From positions 411,458-475,457 of the forward strand of contig CAVZZG010000001.1 in NCBI GenBank assembly GCA_963779685.1: 64,000 nt of DNA, given 5' to 3'. The notes beneath the pieces are model-generated. The model was given only the letters and a program-made list of their open reading frames with translations. It had not been told where the DNA came from and did not search any database. Both the position numbers and the translations under genes were made by a program. The stretch comes from an uncultured Actinomycetes bacterium. Lineage in GTDB: Bacteria; Actinomycetota; Thermoleophilia; Gaiellales; F1-60-MAGs149. This document shows positions 8,802 to 17,825 of the stretch, piece after piece. Within the stretch, counting starts at the first letter, position 1; every line of letters begins with the position of its first letter.

Positions 8802-9941
8802 TCACCGGTGGATGAGACGCCAGGCCGCACGCGCGCCGAGGCCGGGGCCGGCGTGGAGGAGGCCGTGCGCGTAGACGTGCCCGGCGAACCGGAAGAGCGC
8901 GTAGATCGAGGCGATCACGAGCACGACTGCGAGCACGTGCTCCCAGAGGGGCACGCCGACGAGCGCGCTGCGGGCCGGCACCACGAGCGGTGCCGTCAGC
9001 GGGAAGACGGTCAGCACCTGCGCGAGCAGTCCATCCGGGTTGGCGGAGACCGCGATGTAGCTGCCGAAGTAGGCGGCGAGGAGCGTGTAGGTCACCGGTT
9101 GCCCGGCCGTATCCGCGTTCTGCTGTCGGGAGGCGAGCGCGCCGGCCGTGGCGTAGGCGAGCGCGTAGAGCCCGAAGCCGAGCGCGAACCACGGCACGAC
9201 CAGCGCGAGGCTGCCGCCGAGGACGGCCGGTGCATCGAAGACACCGGCGGCAAGCAGGCCGGCGGCGAGCCCTGCGACGAGTGCGAGCTGCCCGAGCCCC
9301 AGCAGTCCGATGCCGATCACCTTGCCGGCCAGCAGGTGGCGCGGCCGCACGGTCGACAGGATCAACTCGACGACGCGGTTGTTCTTCTCCTCGACCACGC
9401 CGCTGACGACCCACTGACCGTATACGGCGAGGGACGTGAGCAGGAGCATCGAACCGACGATCGCGACGAGCGTGGCCGCGTCCGTGGCTCCGGCATCGGA
9501 CGGCTCGACCGTCACCGTGGTCAGCTCCGGCGCCGGTGGCAGGTGACGACGGAGCGCGCGGACGGCCGTGTCCGCGACGGCGGCGAGCTGCGGGTCGACG
9601 TTCGCACGGAACACGAGCCGGTCGTCTCCCAGTACCAGGACCGCGTCGGCGTTCTTCGTCCTCAGCGCCTCGCGGCCGGCCGCGGAGGAGGCGACCACAC
9701 GGAGCCGCACCTTCGCGTCGAACGGCACCGCCGCGCGCTGAAGGGCGGCGTCGAGGCCTGCGGGCGCCGGTGCGACGACCGCAACGCGATACGTGGTCTT
9801 CCGCGACAGCACCCCGTTCAGCGCCGTTGACCCGCCTACGAGCAGCAGCAACACGATCGTCGATGCCAGGAACGCGGGGCTGCGCAGTCGCTCGCGGATC
9901 TCGCGTCCAGCGACGAGAGCGATGGCACGCGACCCGGTCAT
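8802..9941 (-). CDS. ABC-2 type transporter permease (NatB-like)
   Basis: ATG 9941 inside track ORF 8802..10214; ATGA overlap with the ATPase stop. N-terminal TM, a large loop, then a TM bundle (..VVEEKNNRVVELILSTVRPRHLLAGKVIG..). Confidence 0.8.
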   Translation of the reverse strand: MTGSRAIALVAGREIRERLRSPAFLASTIVLLLLVGGSTALNGVLSRKTTYRVAVVAPAPAGLDAALQRAAVPFDAKVRLRVVASSAAGREALRTKNADAVLVLGDDRLVFRANVDPQLAAVADTAVRALRRHLPPAPELTTVTVEPSDAGATDAATLVAIVGSMLLLTSLAVYGQWVVSGVVEEKNNRVVELILSTVRPRHLLAGKVIGIGLLGLGQLALVAGLAAGLLAAGVFDAPAVLGGSLALVVPWFALGFGLYALAYATAGALASRQQNADTAGQPVTYTLLAAYFGSYIAVSANPDGLLAQVLTVFPLTAPLVVPARSALVGVPLWEHVLAVVLVIASIYALFRFAGHVYAHGLLHAGPGLGARAAWRLIHR

Positions 9942-10891
9942 CGTTCCACCAGCTCGAGGAACAGCTCCGTCAGCGATGGCGGCCCGTAGCTGAACTCGAC
10001 GACCCGCGCGACCTGCTCGGCCCTTGCGAACACCTGCTTCGGGTCGACGTCGCGGCGGGCGAGGAACCGCAGGTGACCGTCGCCGCGCTCGACGAGCTCG
10101 ACACCGGCGACACCCGGCAGCCATCCCGGTGGCGCGCCGTCGAGCCGCAGCTCGATCCGCCGCTGCGTCGAGGCCGCCCGCAACTCGTCGATGTGGCCCG
10201 TTGCGACGACGCACCCGTGGTCGATGATCGCGACGTCCTCGCAGACCTCCTCGACGAGCTCCAGTTGATGGCTCGAGAAGAGCACGGCGGCCCCCCGGGC
10301 GGCCTCGCCCCGCAGCACCTCGGCCAGCGTGCGAACGGCGCGGGGGTCGAGACCGGCGAAGGGCTCGTCGAGCACGAGCAGCTCGGGCTGGTGCAGGAGG
10401 GCCGCGGCGAGCTGGGCCCGCTGCTGGTTCCCGTGGGAGAGCTCCTCGACCTTCGCGCCGAGGCGATCACCAAGATCGAGCCGTGTAAGCCATTCGGATG
10501 CCCCGATCCGCGCCGCGCTCGTGCTGAGTCCATGGAGCGAGCCGAAGTAGGCGAGCTGGTCGCCGAGCGCCATCCGCGGGTAGAGGCCGCGCTCCTCCGG
10601 CATGTAGCCGAACCGAAGGCGCTCGTCCAGCCCGACCGGCCGACCGGCCCACAGCACCGCACCGGCGTCGAGCTCGACGAGTCCGAAGACGGCCCGCATC
10701 ACCGTCGTCTTACCCGCGCCGTTCGGGCCCAGGAAGCCGAGCATGCGACCGGGCCGGACGCTGAGGGTCACGTCGGTGAGGGCCTCGATGTCACCGTAGC
10801 GCTTCGTCAGGTGCATCAGATCGAGGCCCGCGGCGTCCGCTGGTGCGCCGGAAAGCTGCGGCGAGGGTGCCAGGTGGGCTGGACCGACCAT
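9938..10891 (-). CDS. ABC transporter ATP-binding protein (NatA-like)
   Basis: Walker A GPNGAGKTT, signature SHGNQQR, Walker B LLVLDEP. Start set at ATG 10891 (GGAAGGG 8 nt upstream); 10921 and 10816 are alternatives. Confidence 0.85.
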   Translation of the reverse strand: MVGPAHLAPSPQLSGAPADAAGLDLMHLTKRYGDIEALTDVTLSVRPGRMLGFLGPNGAGKTTVMRAVFGLVELDAGAVLWAGRPVGLDERLRFGYMPEERGLYPRMALGDQLAYFGSLHGLSTSAARIGASEWLTRLDLGDRLGAKVEELSHGNQQRAQLAAALLHQPELLVLDEPFAGLDPRAVRTLAEVLRGEAARGAAVLFSSHQLELVEEVCEDVAIIDHGCVVATGHIDELRAASTQRRIELRLDGAPPGWLPGVAGVELVERGDGHLRFLARRDVDPKQVFARAEQVARVVEFSYGPPSLTELFLELVER

Positions 10892-11024
10892 GAGCGATGC
10901 CCTTCCATGACCATCATCCACCGCGGCGTGCCCGCGGCATCGGGGAGTGCGCGGACCGGTGCTACGGTGAATCGCGCAGTTCCGCCGCCCCTCCGCACGT
11001 GCCCTCTACCGCCGTGGTGAATCC

Positions 11025-12416
11025 ATGCCCCTGAAGCATCCGCAGGCCTCCGAGCGTCGCCAGACGACCATCTCGGTCGCGCCGATGTTCGATCTCGAGT
11101 CCGACCACGTTCCGTCCGACCGGCTGCCGGACGGCGAGATGGCACCGGACGCCGCGTATCAGATCGTCCACGACGAGCTGATGCTCGACGGCAACGCGCG
11201 CATGAACCTGGCCACGTTCGTGTCCACGTGGATGGAGCCGCAGGCCGTGCAGCTCATCGGCGAGTGCCTCGACAAGAACATGATCGACAAGGACGAGTAC
11301 CCGCAGACGGCGGAGCTCGAGAAGCGCTGCGTGACCATGCTCGCCTCGCTCTGGCACGCGCCCGACTCGGCGGAGGCGACAGGGTGCTCGACCACCGGCT
11401 CGAGCGAGGCGGCCATGCTCGGTGGACTGGCGCTCAAGCGCCGCTGGCAGCAGCGCCGGCGCGCGGCCGGCAAGCCGGCCGACCGGCCGAACATCGTCAT
11501 GGGCATCAACGTCCAGATCTGCTGGGAGAAGTTCGCGAACTACTGGGACGTCGAGATGCGCCTCGTGCCGATGGAGGGCGAGCGGTTCATGCTCTCGGCG
11601 CAGGAGGCCGTCGCGCTCTGCGACGAGAACACCATCGGCGTCGTCGCGATCCTCGGTTCGACCTTCGACGGCGCCTACGAGCCGGTCGCCGAGATCTGCG
11701 CTGCGCTCGACGACCTGCAGGCCAGGACGGGTCTCGACGTGCCGGTGCACGTGGACGGCGCATCGGGCGGCTTCGTCGCGCCGTTCCTCGATCCCGATCT
11801 GGTGTGGGACTTCCGGCTGCCGCGGGTGGCCTCGATCAACGCCTCCGGCCACAAGTACGGGCTGGTCTTCCCCGGCGTCGGCTGGGCCGTCTGGCGCGAC
11901 GCCGAGGCGTTGCCGGCGGACCTCATCTTCTGGGTCAACTACCTCGGCGACAACATGCCGACCTTCGCGCTGAACTTCTCCAGGCCGGGTGCCCAGATCG
12001 TCGCCCAGTACTACAACTTCCTGCGCCTGGGCTTTCAGGGCTACCGGTCGGTGCAGGGGTACGCACGGGACGTTGCGACCCGTCTGGCCGGGCAGATCGA
12101 GGAGCTCGGGCCGTTTCGGCTCCTGACTCGCGGCGATGCGCTGCCGGTGTTCGCGTTCACGCTCGCCGACGACGTCGTTAAGTACTCCGTCTTCGACGTG
12201 TCGAGTGCCCTGCGCGAGCGCGGCTGGCAGGTGCCCGCGTACACGTTCCCGAAGAACCGCGAGGACCTCGCCGTGCTGCGCGTGGTGGTGCGGCGCGGGT
12301 TCACCCACGACCTCGCCGACCTCCTGATCGGCGACATGAAGCGCCAGTTGCTGCGGCTCGAGCGCCAGGCGGCGCCGGTCCATGACCCGGCTGAGGAGAC
12401 GGGTTTCAGCCACTGA
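11025..12416 (+). CDS. gadB: glutamate decarboxylase (PLP-dependent)
   Basis: Track ORF. ..NLATFVSTWMEPQA..DKDEYPQTAELEKRCV..INASGHKYGLVFPGVGW.. are typical Gad motifs including the PLP lysine. ATG 11085 is a possible alternative start. Confidence 0.9.
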   Translation: MPLKHPQASERRQTTISVAPMFDLESDHVPSDRLPDGEMAPDAAYQIVHDELMLDGNARMNLATFVSTWMEPQAVQLIGECLDKNMIDKDEYPQTAELEKRCVTMLASLWHAPDSAEATGCSTTGSSEAAMLGGLALKRRWQQRRRAAGKPADRPNIVMGINVQICWEKFANYWDVEMRLVPMEGERFMLSAQEAVALCDENTIGVVAILGSTFDGAYEPVAEICAALDDLQARTGLDVPVHVDGASGGFVAPFLDPDLVWDFRLPRVASINASGHKYGLVFPGVGWAVWRDAEALPADLIFWVNYLGDNMPTFALNFSRPGAQIVAQYYNFLRLGFQGYRSVQGYARDVATRLAGQIEELGPFRLLTRGDALPVFAFTLADDVVKYSVFDVSSALRERGWQVPAYTFPKNREDLAVLRVVVRRGFTHDLADLLIGDMKRQLLRLERQAAPVHDPAEETGFSH

Positions 12417-12430
12417 CCACGACAGGGGGT

Positions 12431-13042
12431 CTGTGGTGGGCGCCGCGGCGGCGACCCTGGTGGATCGCGGTCCTGTTTGCGATCGGTTCGACCTGCTTCC
12501 TGGTCGGGCCGATCCCGGGCGTCGTCGAGCTCGTCGGCTCGGCCGTGGACGCGGCCATCTTCTTCGTCGGCTCGATCTTCTTCACGGTGGCGGCGGCGCT
12601 CCAGGTCCTGGAGACCCGGCGAAGCGGCGGCAGACTCGACCGCTGGAGCAGCGCCGTCCAGTTCGCCGGCACGCTGGCGTTCAACGTCACCACGTACCGG
12701 GCGCTCCATGTTTCCCTGAACGACGTGTCGTACGATCGCCTCGTCTGGGCGCCCGATGCGGTCGGCTCCGTCTGCTTCCTCGTCTCGGGCGTCGTCGCCT
12801 ACCTGGCCGTAGCCGGCGCCACCCTTCGACGGCCGGCCGGGCGGCTTCCGGAATGGCGGATCGCCGTGGTGAATCTCGTCGGCTGCGTCGCGTTCGGGAT
12901 CGCGGCGATCGCGTCCTACGTCGTGCCCGCCAAGGGCAGCGCCCTCGATCTTGCCGCTGCGAACGTGACGACGGCCTTCGGCGGCCTCTGCTTCCTCGTC
13001 GGCTCGGTCCTGCTCCTGCCCGTGCCCGCGACCGAGGGCTGA
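12431..13042 (+). CDS. YrhK-like multi-TM membrane protein (start codon unresolved)
   Basis: Frame 2 is open from 12395. WWIAVLFAIGSTCFLVGP..FFVGSIFFTVAAALQ..GTLAFNVTT..GSVCFLVSG..GCVAFGIAAIA..FGGLCFLVGS are repeated YrhK-type helices. The track ORF starts only at GTG 12545, which would delete the first helix. 12431 is a CTG, and no ATG/GTG/TTG exists in frame between 12395 and 12545. Confidence 0.55.
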   Translation: MWWAPRRRPWWIAVLFAIGSTCFLVGPIPGVVELVGSAVDAAIFFVGSIFFTVAAALQVLETRRSGGRLDRWSSAVQFAGTLAFNVTTYRALHVSLNDVSYDRLVWAPDAVGSVCFLVSGVVAYLAVAGATLRRPAGRLPEWRIAVVNLVGCVAFGIAAIASYVVPAKGSALDLAAANVTTAFGGLCFLVGSVLLLPVPATEG

Positions 13043-13045
13043 GCG

Positions 13046-14281
13046 CTACGGGTCGAGGCCGTCGAGCAGCGGGAAGCGCGCGTCGGCGTCGAGGCAGGCG
13101 GCGAGGAACACCGCGACGCCCGCATCGCCGGTGAAGAGCGGGTGACGACAGCACCCGACGACGCGCCGGGCCTCGGCGCTCTGCCGGGCGGCGTGGAGCG
13201 CGAACGCGCGAGCCCGCGTCAGCCAGCGTTCGTCGCCCGTGCGGTCGAACAGCCGCAGGAACGCGTAGCCGTTGCCTGCCGTGCCGTGGCAGAGGCTCGC
13301 GCTCGCGCGCAGCGGGCCCGCATGCCACGTCAGCTCGCCGCCCGCCACGAGCAACTCGTCGACGGCTGGGTCGGCGGGGAGCAGCCCGCCGAGGGCGATC
13401 ACCATCCCCGGCGCGCCGTGGCACCACTGGGTTCGCCGCACCTGGCCGGACCTGGTGTCGCCCAGGAGGGCGGGCCACTGCACGAGGCCGCCCTCTCGCT
13501 CGGCCTGACGCTCGACGACCCCGGCGGCACGTCGTTCGACCATCGCCGCCACCGCGGGTTCCAGCAGGTGGCGGCCGCGCAGCAGTGCGTGCACATTGCC
13601 GGCGAACCCGTGTCCCGGCCCGACGTATCGCGACCGGCTGCCGTAGAGGTCCTGCTCCCACACCTCGTCGTGCCACTCGGCCACGAGCCACTCGGCCGAC
13701 TCGCGCCACAGCGTCGCCCATCGCTGCTCACGCGTCCGCTCGCCCGCGGCCAGGGCGGCCAGCATCGTCCCGGGCGACCCCCACAGCAGCTCCCGGGCAG
13801 GGTTGCGTGCGTTGGCGGCCACGGCCGCGGCGAGCTGGTCGCGAAGCAGAGGGTCGGGCTGGAGCGCGTCGGCAAGCCCGAGCACCCCGGCTGCGCCGTT
13901 CAACAGGGAGGGTTGCGGCGGCGGGTACAGCGTTTCGAACTCCGGTGCGGCCCGCCACCCATCGGGGAGTCCGGCTGCGAGCGCGGCGAGGTCGAGGCCC
14001 GACGCGGCGTGACCGGTCCGCTCGAGTCGTGCCAGGGCCCAGACGATGCCGCCCGCGCCGAGGTAGAGGGTGCGCATCGGCACGTCGGGATCGCCCTCGA
14101 GGTCATCCGGATGATTGGGCCAGAGCAGGTCCTCGCCGCGGTAGGCGGCGACGAGATCGTCGACGAGGGCCGCGAGCGCCTGGCGGGCGCGGGCGTCGCT
14201 CCAGGGCTCCTCGACGAGCGGTTCGTGGCGTTCGGGCGCGAAGAGGAGCCGGCCGGGCACGGGTTCGCCGGACCCGGTCAT
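13046..14281 (-). CDS. stand-alone LanC-like (lanthionine synthetase C-like) protein
   Basis: ATG 14281 inside track ORF 13046..14335 (ATGA overlap with the upstream GH4 gene). LanC motifs GPGHGFAGNV, QWCHGAPGM, SLCHGTAGNGYAF (Cys/Cys/His zinc ligands). No dehydratase or kinase domain is fused. Confidence 0.8.
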   Translation of the reverse strand: MTGSGEPVPGRLLFAPERHEPLVEEPWSDARARQALAALVDDLVAAYRGEDLLWPNHPDDLEGDPDVPMRTLYLGAGGIVWALARLERTGHAASGLDLAALAAGLPDGWRAAPEFETLYPPPQPSLLNGAAGVLGLADALQPDPLLRDQLAAAVAANARNPARELLWGSPGTMLAALAAGERTREQRWATLWRESAEWLVAEWHDEVWEQDLYGSRSRYVGPGHGFAGNVHALLRGRHLLEPAVAAMVERRAAGVVERQAEREGGLVQWPALLGDTRSGQVRRTQWCHGAPGMVIALGGLLPADPAVDELLVAGGELTWHAGPLRASASLCHGTAGNGYAFLRLFDRTGDERWLTRARAFALHAARQSAEARRVVGCCRHPLFTGDAGVAVFLAACLDADARFPLLDGLDP

Positions 14282-15669
14282 GCCGAGAACTGCGGCAGCC
14301 AGGCCGCCTGCAGGTCGAGAAGGTGATCCATGCACCGCTCGGCCGCGTCGAGCGAGTTGATGAGCGGGTGCGAGACGATCGCCCGCAGCAGGTCCTCGCG
14401 ATCGCCGCTGAGCGCGGCGGTGACAGCCAGCTGCTGGCTGTGCACGAGCGCCGTCTGCATGCCCACCAGCGCATCCGGGAGATCACCGACTGCGTAGGGG
14501 TGGGCGCCGTACCGATCGACCGTGGCCGTCAGCTCGAGGATCGCGTCCGCAGGCAGGTTCGACACGGCACCACGGTTGGGGACGTTGACCGTGAACGTCT
14601 CGCTCCTCTCGCTGGCCATGGTCGCGATCACGCGAACGGCGAGGTCGCCGTGGCCGCCGCCGCCTTCACGGCGGACGGTACTCAGGTGGTGCGAGGCCCG
14701 CGTCAGCCGCTGGTCGAGGTCGGCGAACATGCGCGGCTCGAGGTGCTTGCGGTAGAAGCCGGCCATGGTCACGTAGCTGCCGGATCTCTGCGCCTCGATG
14801 ACGGCGTCCTGGTCGAGCATGTAGCGCCAGTAGTAGCGCGGCCCCGGCAACAGGCCGTGGAGCTGGTACAGCCGCAGGCCGTGGACGAACCCGGCGTGGG
14901 GGACGAACTGCTTGTAGATCTCGTCGTAGTCGAACGTGAGGTCGAACATGTCCATGCGGGCGGGCGCCGCGAACATGCGCTCGAGGTCGTCCCTGGACAG
15001 CTCCGCGAGCCGGCGTTCGAGCAGCGGGTAGCCGTCCTCGCCGTCGACCGTGAAGCGCATCACCCACATCGCGTGGTTGGTGCCGGCGACGTACATCTGG
15101 ATGGCGTCCGGTGCGACGCCGAGCAGGTGCGCGACGCTTTCCTGCATGTCGATGTACCCGTCGCAGAGGCAGATCGTCCGCGGGCCGCCGAGGCGCCGGA
15201 TGGCGTCGCCCACGTACTGGGTCGGATTCGTGTAGTTGATGATCCACGCGTCCGGGCACAGGTCCGAGGCGTCGGCGACGATCTCCCGGAGCGCCGGGAT
15301 CACCCGGCAGGCCATGAAGATGCCGCCGATACCCACCGTCTCGTTGCCCTGCAGTCCGTACTGCGGCGGGATCGTCTCGTCCTGCTCCAGCTCGGCGTGG
15401 GATCCGGGCCGGAAGGTCGTCAGGAGGTAGTCGGCGCCGCGGAACGCCTTCCGGCGATCGGTGGTCGCGGCGAAGGTGATCGCCGCGCCGACGGACTCGG
15501 CCAGCCGCTCGCCGAAGTCGCGCACGACGCCGAGATGGTCGGGACGGGGATCCAGCAGCACTATCTCGGCCCCGGCGAGGAGATCGCGACCGTAGTCGAC
15601 CAGGCTCTCGCAGAGCCCGATCGAGAACTGGGACCCACCGCCGATGACGACGATCCGTGGTTTGGACAC
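14278..15669 (-). CDS. glycoside hydrolase family 4 (NAD+/Mn2+-dependent glycosidase)
   Basis: Track ORF. Rossmann KPRIVVIGGGSQFS and the GH4 signature region PDAWIINYTNPTQYV...ICLCDG. Length is typical for the family. Confidence 0.85.
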   Translation of the reverse strand: MSKPRIVVIGGGSQFSIGLCESLVDYGRDLLAGAEIVLLDPRPDHLGVVRDFGERLAESVGAAITFAATTDRRKAFRGADYLLTTFRPGSHAELEQDETIPPQYGLQGNETVGIGGIFMACRVIPALREIVADASDLCPDAWIINYTNPTQYVGDAIRRLGGPRTICLCDGYIDMQESVAHLLGVAPDAIQMYVAGTNHAMWVMRFTVDGEDGYPLLERRLAELSRDDLERMFAAPARMDMFDLTFDYDEIYKQFVPHAGFVHGLRLYQLHGLLPGPRYYWRYMLDQDAVIEAQRSGSYVTMAGFYRKHLEPRMFADLDQRLTRASHHLSTVRREGGGGHGDLAVRVIATMASERSETFTVNVPNRGAVSNLPADAILELTATVDRYGAHPYAVGDLPDALVGMQTALVHSQQLAVTAALSGDREDLLRAIVSHPLINSLDAAERCMDHLLDLQAAWLPQFSA

Positions 15670-15677
15670 GATCCCCC

Positions 15678-16196
15678 CTACCAGAGCAGAACGTAGAAGC
15701 TCGTGTCGTGCAGACCGGAGGGATCGAGCGTACGGATCGTGAAGTCCGTGCCCGCCGGGCAGTTGACGGTCTGCGTCTGGACCCAGGCCGACGGCGAGTA
15801 GTCGGTCATCTGGTCGAACACCGGCTGCACGACGAGCCCGTGGATGGCGACGCTGCCCCGCTCGACGCAGTACTCGCCGATGCCGACGGGGGCCTTCGTG
15901 ATGTTCACGCCGGCCGGGAGCTTCGTGCCCGCCAGGTCGACCCCGCCGCCCGACAGGACCTTGGCATAGCCGATCGCCGGGTATCCGGCGAGCTTCGCCG
16001 CCACCGAGTTGGCGAGCTCGACCGAACCGAGCGAGTGGTCCTTGATGTCGGCGCCGGTGACCGTGCCGTCCTTGATGTTCCGGCCGGTGATGAGGGTCGC
16101 GGCGGTCGCCGACGTGGCTGCGCTGACGGCGACGCAGACTGCGATGAGAGCCGCGATCCGCGCGGTCGGCGAGAGGGATGTCAGGAGCTTCGGCAT
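15678..16196 (-). CDS. secreted hypothetical protein (paralogue of 48332..48919)
   Basis: Track ORF. Signal peptide ..AALIAVCVAVSAATSATA, then ITGRNIKDGTVTGADIKDHSLGSVEL. No family recognised. Only 8 nt separate it from the GH4 gene start. Confidence 0.7.
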   Translation of the reverse strand: MPKLLTSLSPTARIAALIAVCVAVSAATSATAATLITGRNIKDGTVTGADIKDHSLGSVELANSVAAKLAGYPAIGYAKVLSGGGVDLAGTKLPAGVNITKAPVGIGEYCVERGSVAIHGLVVQPVFDQMTDYSPSAWVQTQTVNCPAGTDFTIRTLDPSGLHDTSFYVLLW

Positions 16197-16225
16197 GGGC
16201 CGAGCCTAGCAGCGCCTGATCTGGG

Positions 16226-16813
16226 CTATGGGGTCGCGCGTGCCACGAGCGCCGCGTACACGGCCAGGACGACGCCGGTCGCGACCACGACCCATGCCGT
16301 GGCCAGGTCGTTCCACTCGCCGATCATGAGCAGCCCGCCGGGGATGCTCGCCGTCACGATCGCCTCCATGATCGCGAGCCAGCCGGCCGCGACGTGAAGG
16401 GCGGACTTCGCCAGCGCGATGACGACGAAGAAGGTGGCGAAGAGCACGGCCCAGAGCAGCCACAGCAGCGCCAGCTTCGTGTCGTCGTGCCGGTATCCCG
16501 CCACGGTTCCGAGGAACAGCGAGGCACCCGTCGCCCACAGGCAGTACCAGCCCAGTCCGTCCGGCGGGTGGCCGGTCCACGCGTTCAGGGCGACCCACAG
16601 GTACGTGATGCCGAACAGGAGGAAGCCGGCGGCCCCCGCCAGCGCCGTCTCGGTCGCGCCGGCCGGCACGGCCAGTCGCGCCGCGATCGCCACGAGCACG
16701 ATGCCGACGAAGGCGTTGACCGGCGCCGCGCTGCGCGGCTCCATCCGGCCCAGCAGCGTCAGGCCGTTGCAGATCAGCACCGCACCGATGAAGAAGAGCC
16801 CGACCGAAGCCAC
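16226..16813 (-). CDS. AmiS/UreI family amide/urea channel
   Basis: GTG 16813 inside track ORF 16226..17116. VGLFFIGAVLICNGLTLLG.. and about six TM helices resemble AmiS/UreI. ATG 16903 is an alternative start. Confidence 0.7.
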   Translation of the reverse strand: MASVGLFFIGAVLICNGLTLLGRMEPRSAAPVNAFVGIVLVAIAARLAVPAGATETALAGAAGFLLFGITYLWVALNAWTGHPPDGLGWYCLWATGASLFLGTVAGYRHDDTKLALLWLLWAVLFATFFVVIALAKSALHVAAGWLAIMEAIVTASIPGGLLMIGEWNDLATAWVVVATGVVLAVYAALVARATP

Positions 16814-16892
16814 CGGCGGCCACAGTAGGGAACCTTCCCGTGGTCTGCAAGGCACCGTCTCACGGCGGGCGAGCACGGAGCGTTCCTGCACC

Positions 16893-17825
16893 GTGCCGGC
16901 CATCCGTTCCGTACCCCCGCCATCCCGCGCGGTGCTCGCCGCGCTCGTCACCGTGCTGCTGTGGTCGTCGGCGTTCGTGGGCATACGGGCCGCCGGCCAC
17001 GGCCTGCACCCCGGGCCGCTCGCGCTGGCGCGGATGCTGATCGCGACGCTCGTGCTCGGCGTCGTGCTGGTGGTCCGCGGGGAGGGCCTGCCGGCGCGCG
17101 CCGACCGTCCCCGCATCGCGCTCGCCGGTGTGCTGTGGTTCGCCGCCTACATGGTCATGCTCAACGCCGCCGAACGACGGCTCGATGCCGGTACGGCGGC
17201 GATGCTCGTCAACATAGGCCCGATCGTGATCGCGCTGCTGGCCGGGGCTGTCCTGCGGGAGGGGTTCCCGCGCCCGCTGCTCGCCGGCTGTGCGATCGCG
17301 TTCTCGGGCGTCGTGGTGATCGGGGGCGGGATCCCGCGCGGTGACGTGGCGGGCGTGGCGCTCGCGCTGGCCGCGGCCCTGGCCTACGCTGTGGCCGTGG
17401 TCGTGCAGAAGCCCGCGCTGGCGCGGTCGTCGTCGATCCAGGTCACCTGGCTGTGCTGCGCCACTGGCGCGGTCGCCTGCCTGCCGTTCGCCGGCGGCCT
17501 CGTGCACGACGTCGGCACGGCCACGGCCGGGCAGCTGGCCTGGACCGTCTACCTCGGGGTCGCGGCCACGGCGGTTGCGTTCCTCACCTGGGGCTATGCG
17601 CTGGCGCGGACGACGGCCGGCCGCATGGGGGCGACGACGTACCTGGTTCCGCCGGTCGTGATCGTGCTCAGCTGGTTGTGGCTGGACGAGACGCCGCCGG
17701 TCGCTGCCATCGTGGGCGGCGCGATCTGCCTGGCCGGCGTGGTCGTGTCGCGCCGCCGGGTAGGCATCGGCCTCAGTCGGACCACGGCCCCGGCGCCATC
17801 GCCATCTGGCCGCCGTCGATCGTGA
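16893..17825 (+). CDS. EamA/DMT family transporter
   Basis: GTG 16893 inside track ORF 16419..17825; the upstream part is antisense to the amiS-like gene. About 10 TM helices, two EamA repeats. GTG 16932 is an alternative start. Confidence 0.8.
   Translation: MPAIRSVPPPSRAVLAALVTVLLWSSAFVGIRAAGHGLHPGPLALARMLIATLVLGVVLVVRGEGLPARADRPRIALAGVLWFAAYMVMLNAAERRLDAGTAAMLVNIGPIVIALLAGAVLREGFPRPLLAGCAIAFSGVVVIGGGIPRGDVAGVALALAAALAYAVAVVVQKPALARSSSIQVTWLCCATGAVACLPFAGGLVHDVGTATAGQLAWTVYLGVAATAVAFLTWGYALARTTAGRMGATTYLVPPVVIVLSWLWLDETPPVAAIVGGAICLAGVVVSRRRVGIGLSRTTAPAPSPSGRRRS

Noticed and set aside
10966-11023. Direct repeat GGTGAATC (10966-10973 and 11016-11023) plus a CCGCGG-N5-CCGCGG hairpin upstream of gadB, as a possible operator
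   Set aside because: An 8-mer repeated once in a 130-nt spacer can be chance. There is no known motif match and no way to test conservation here.
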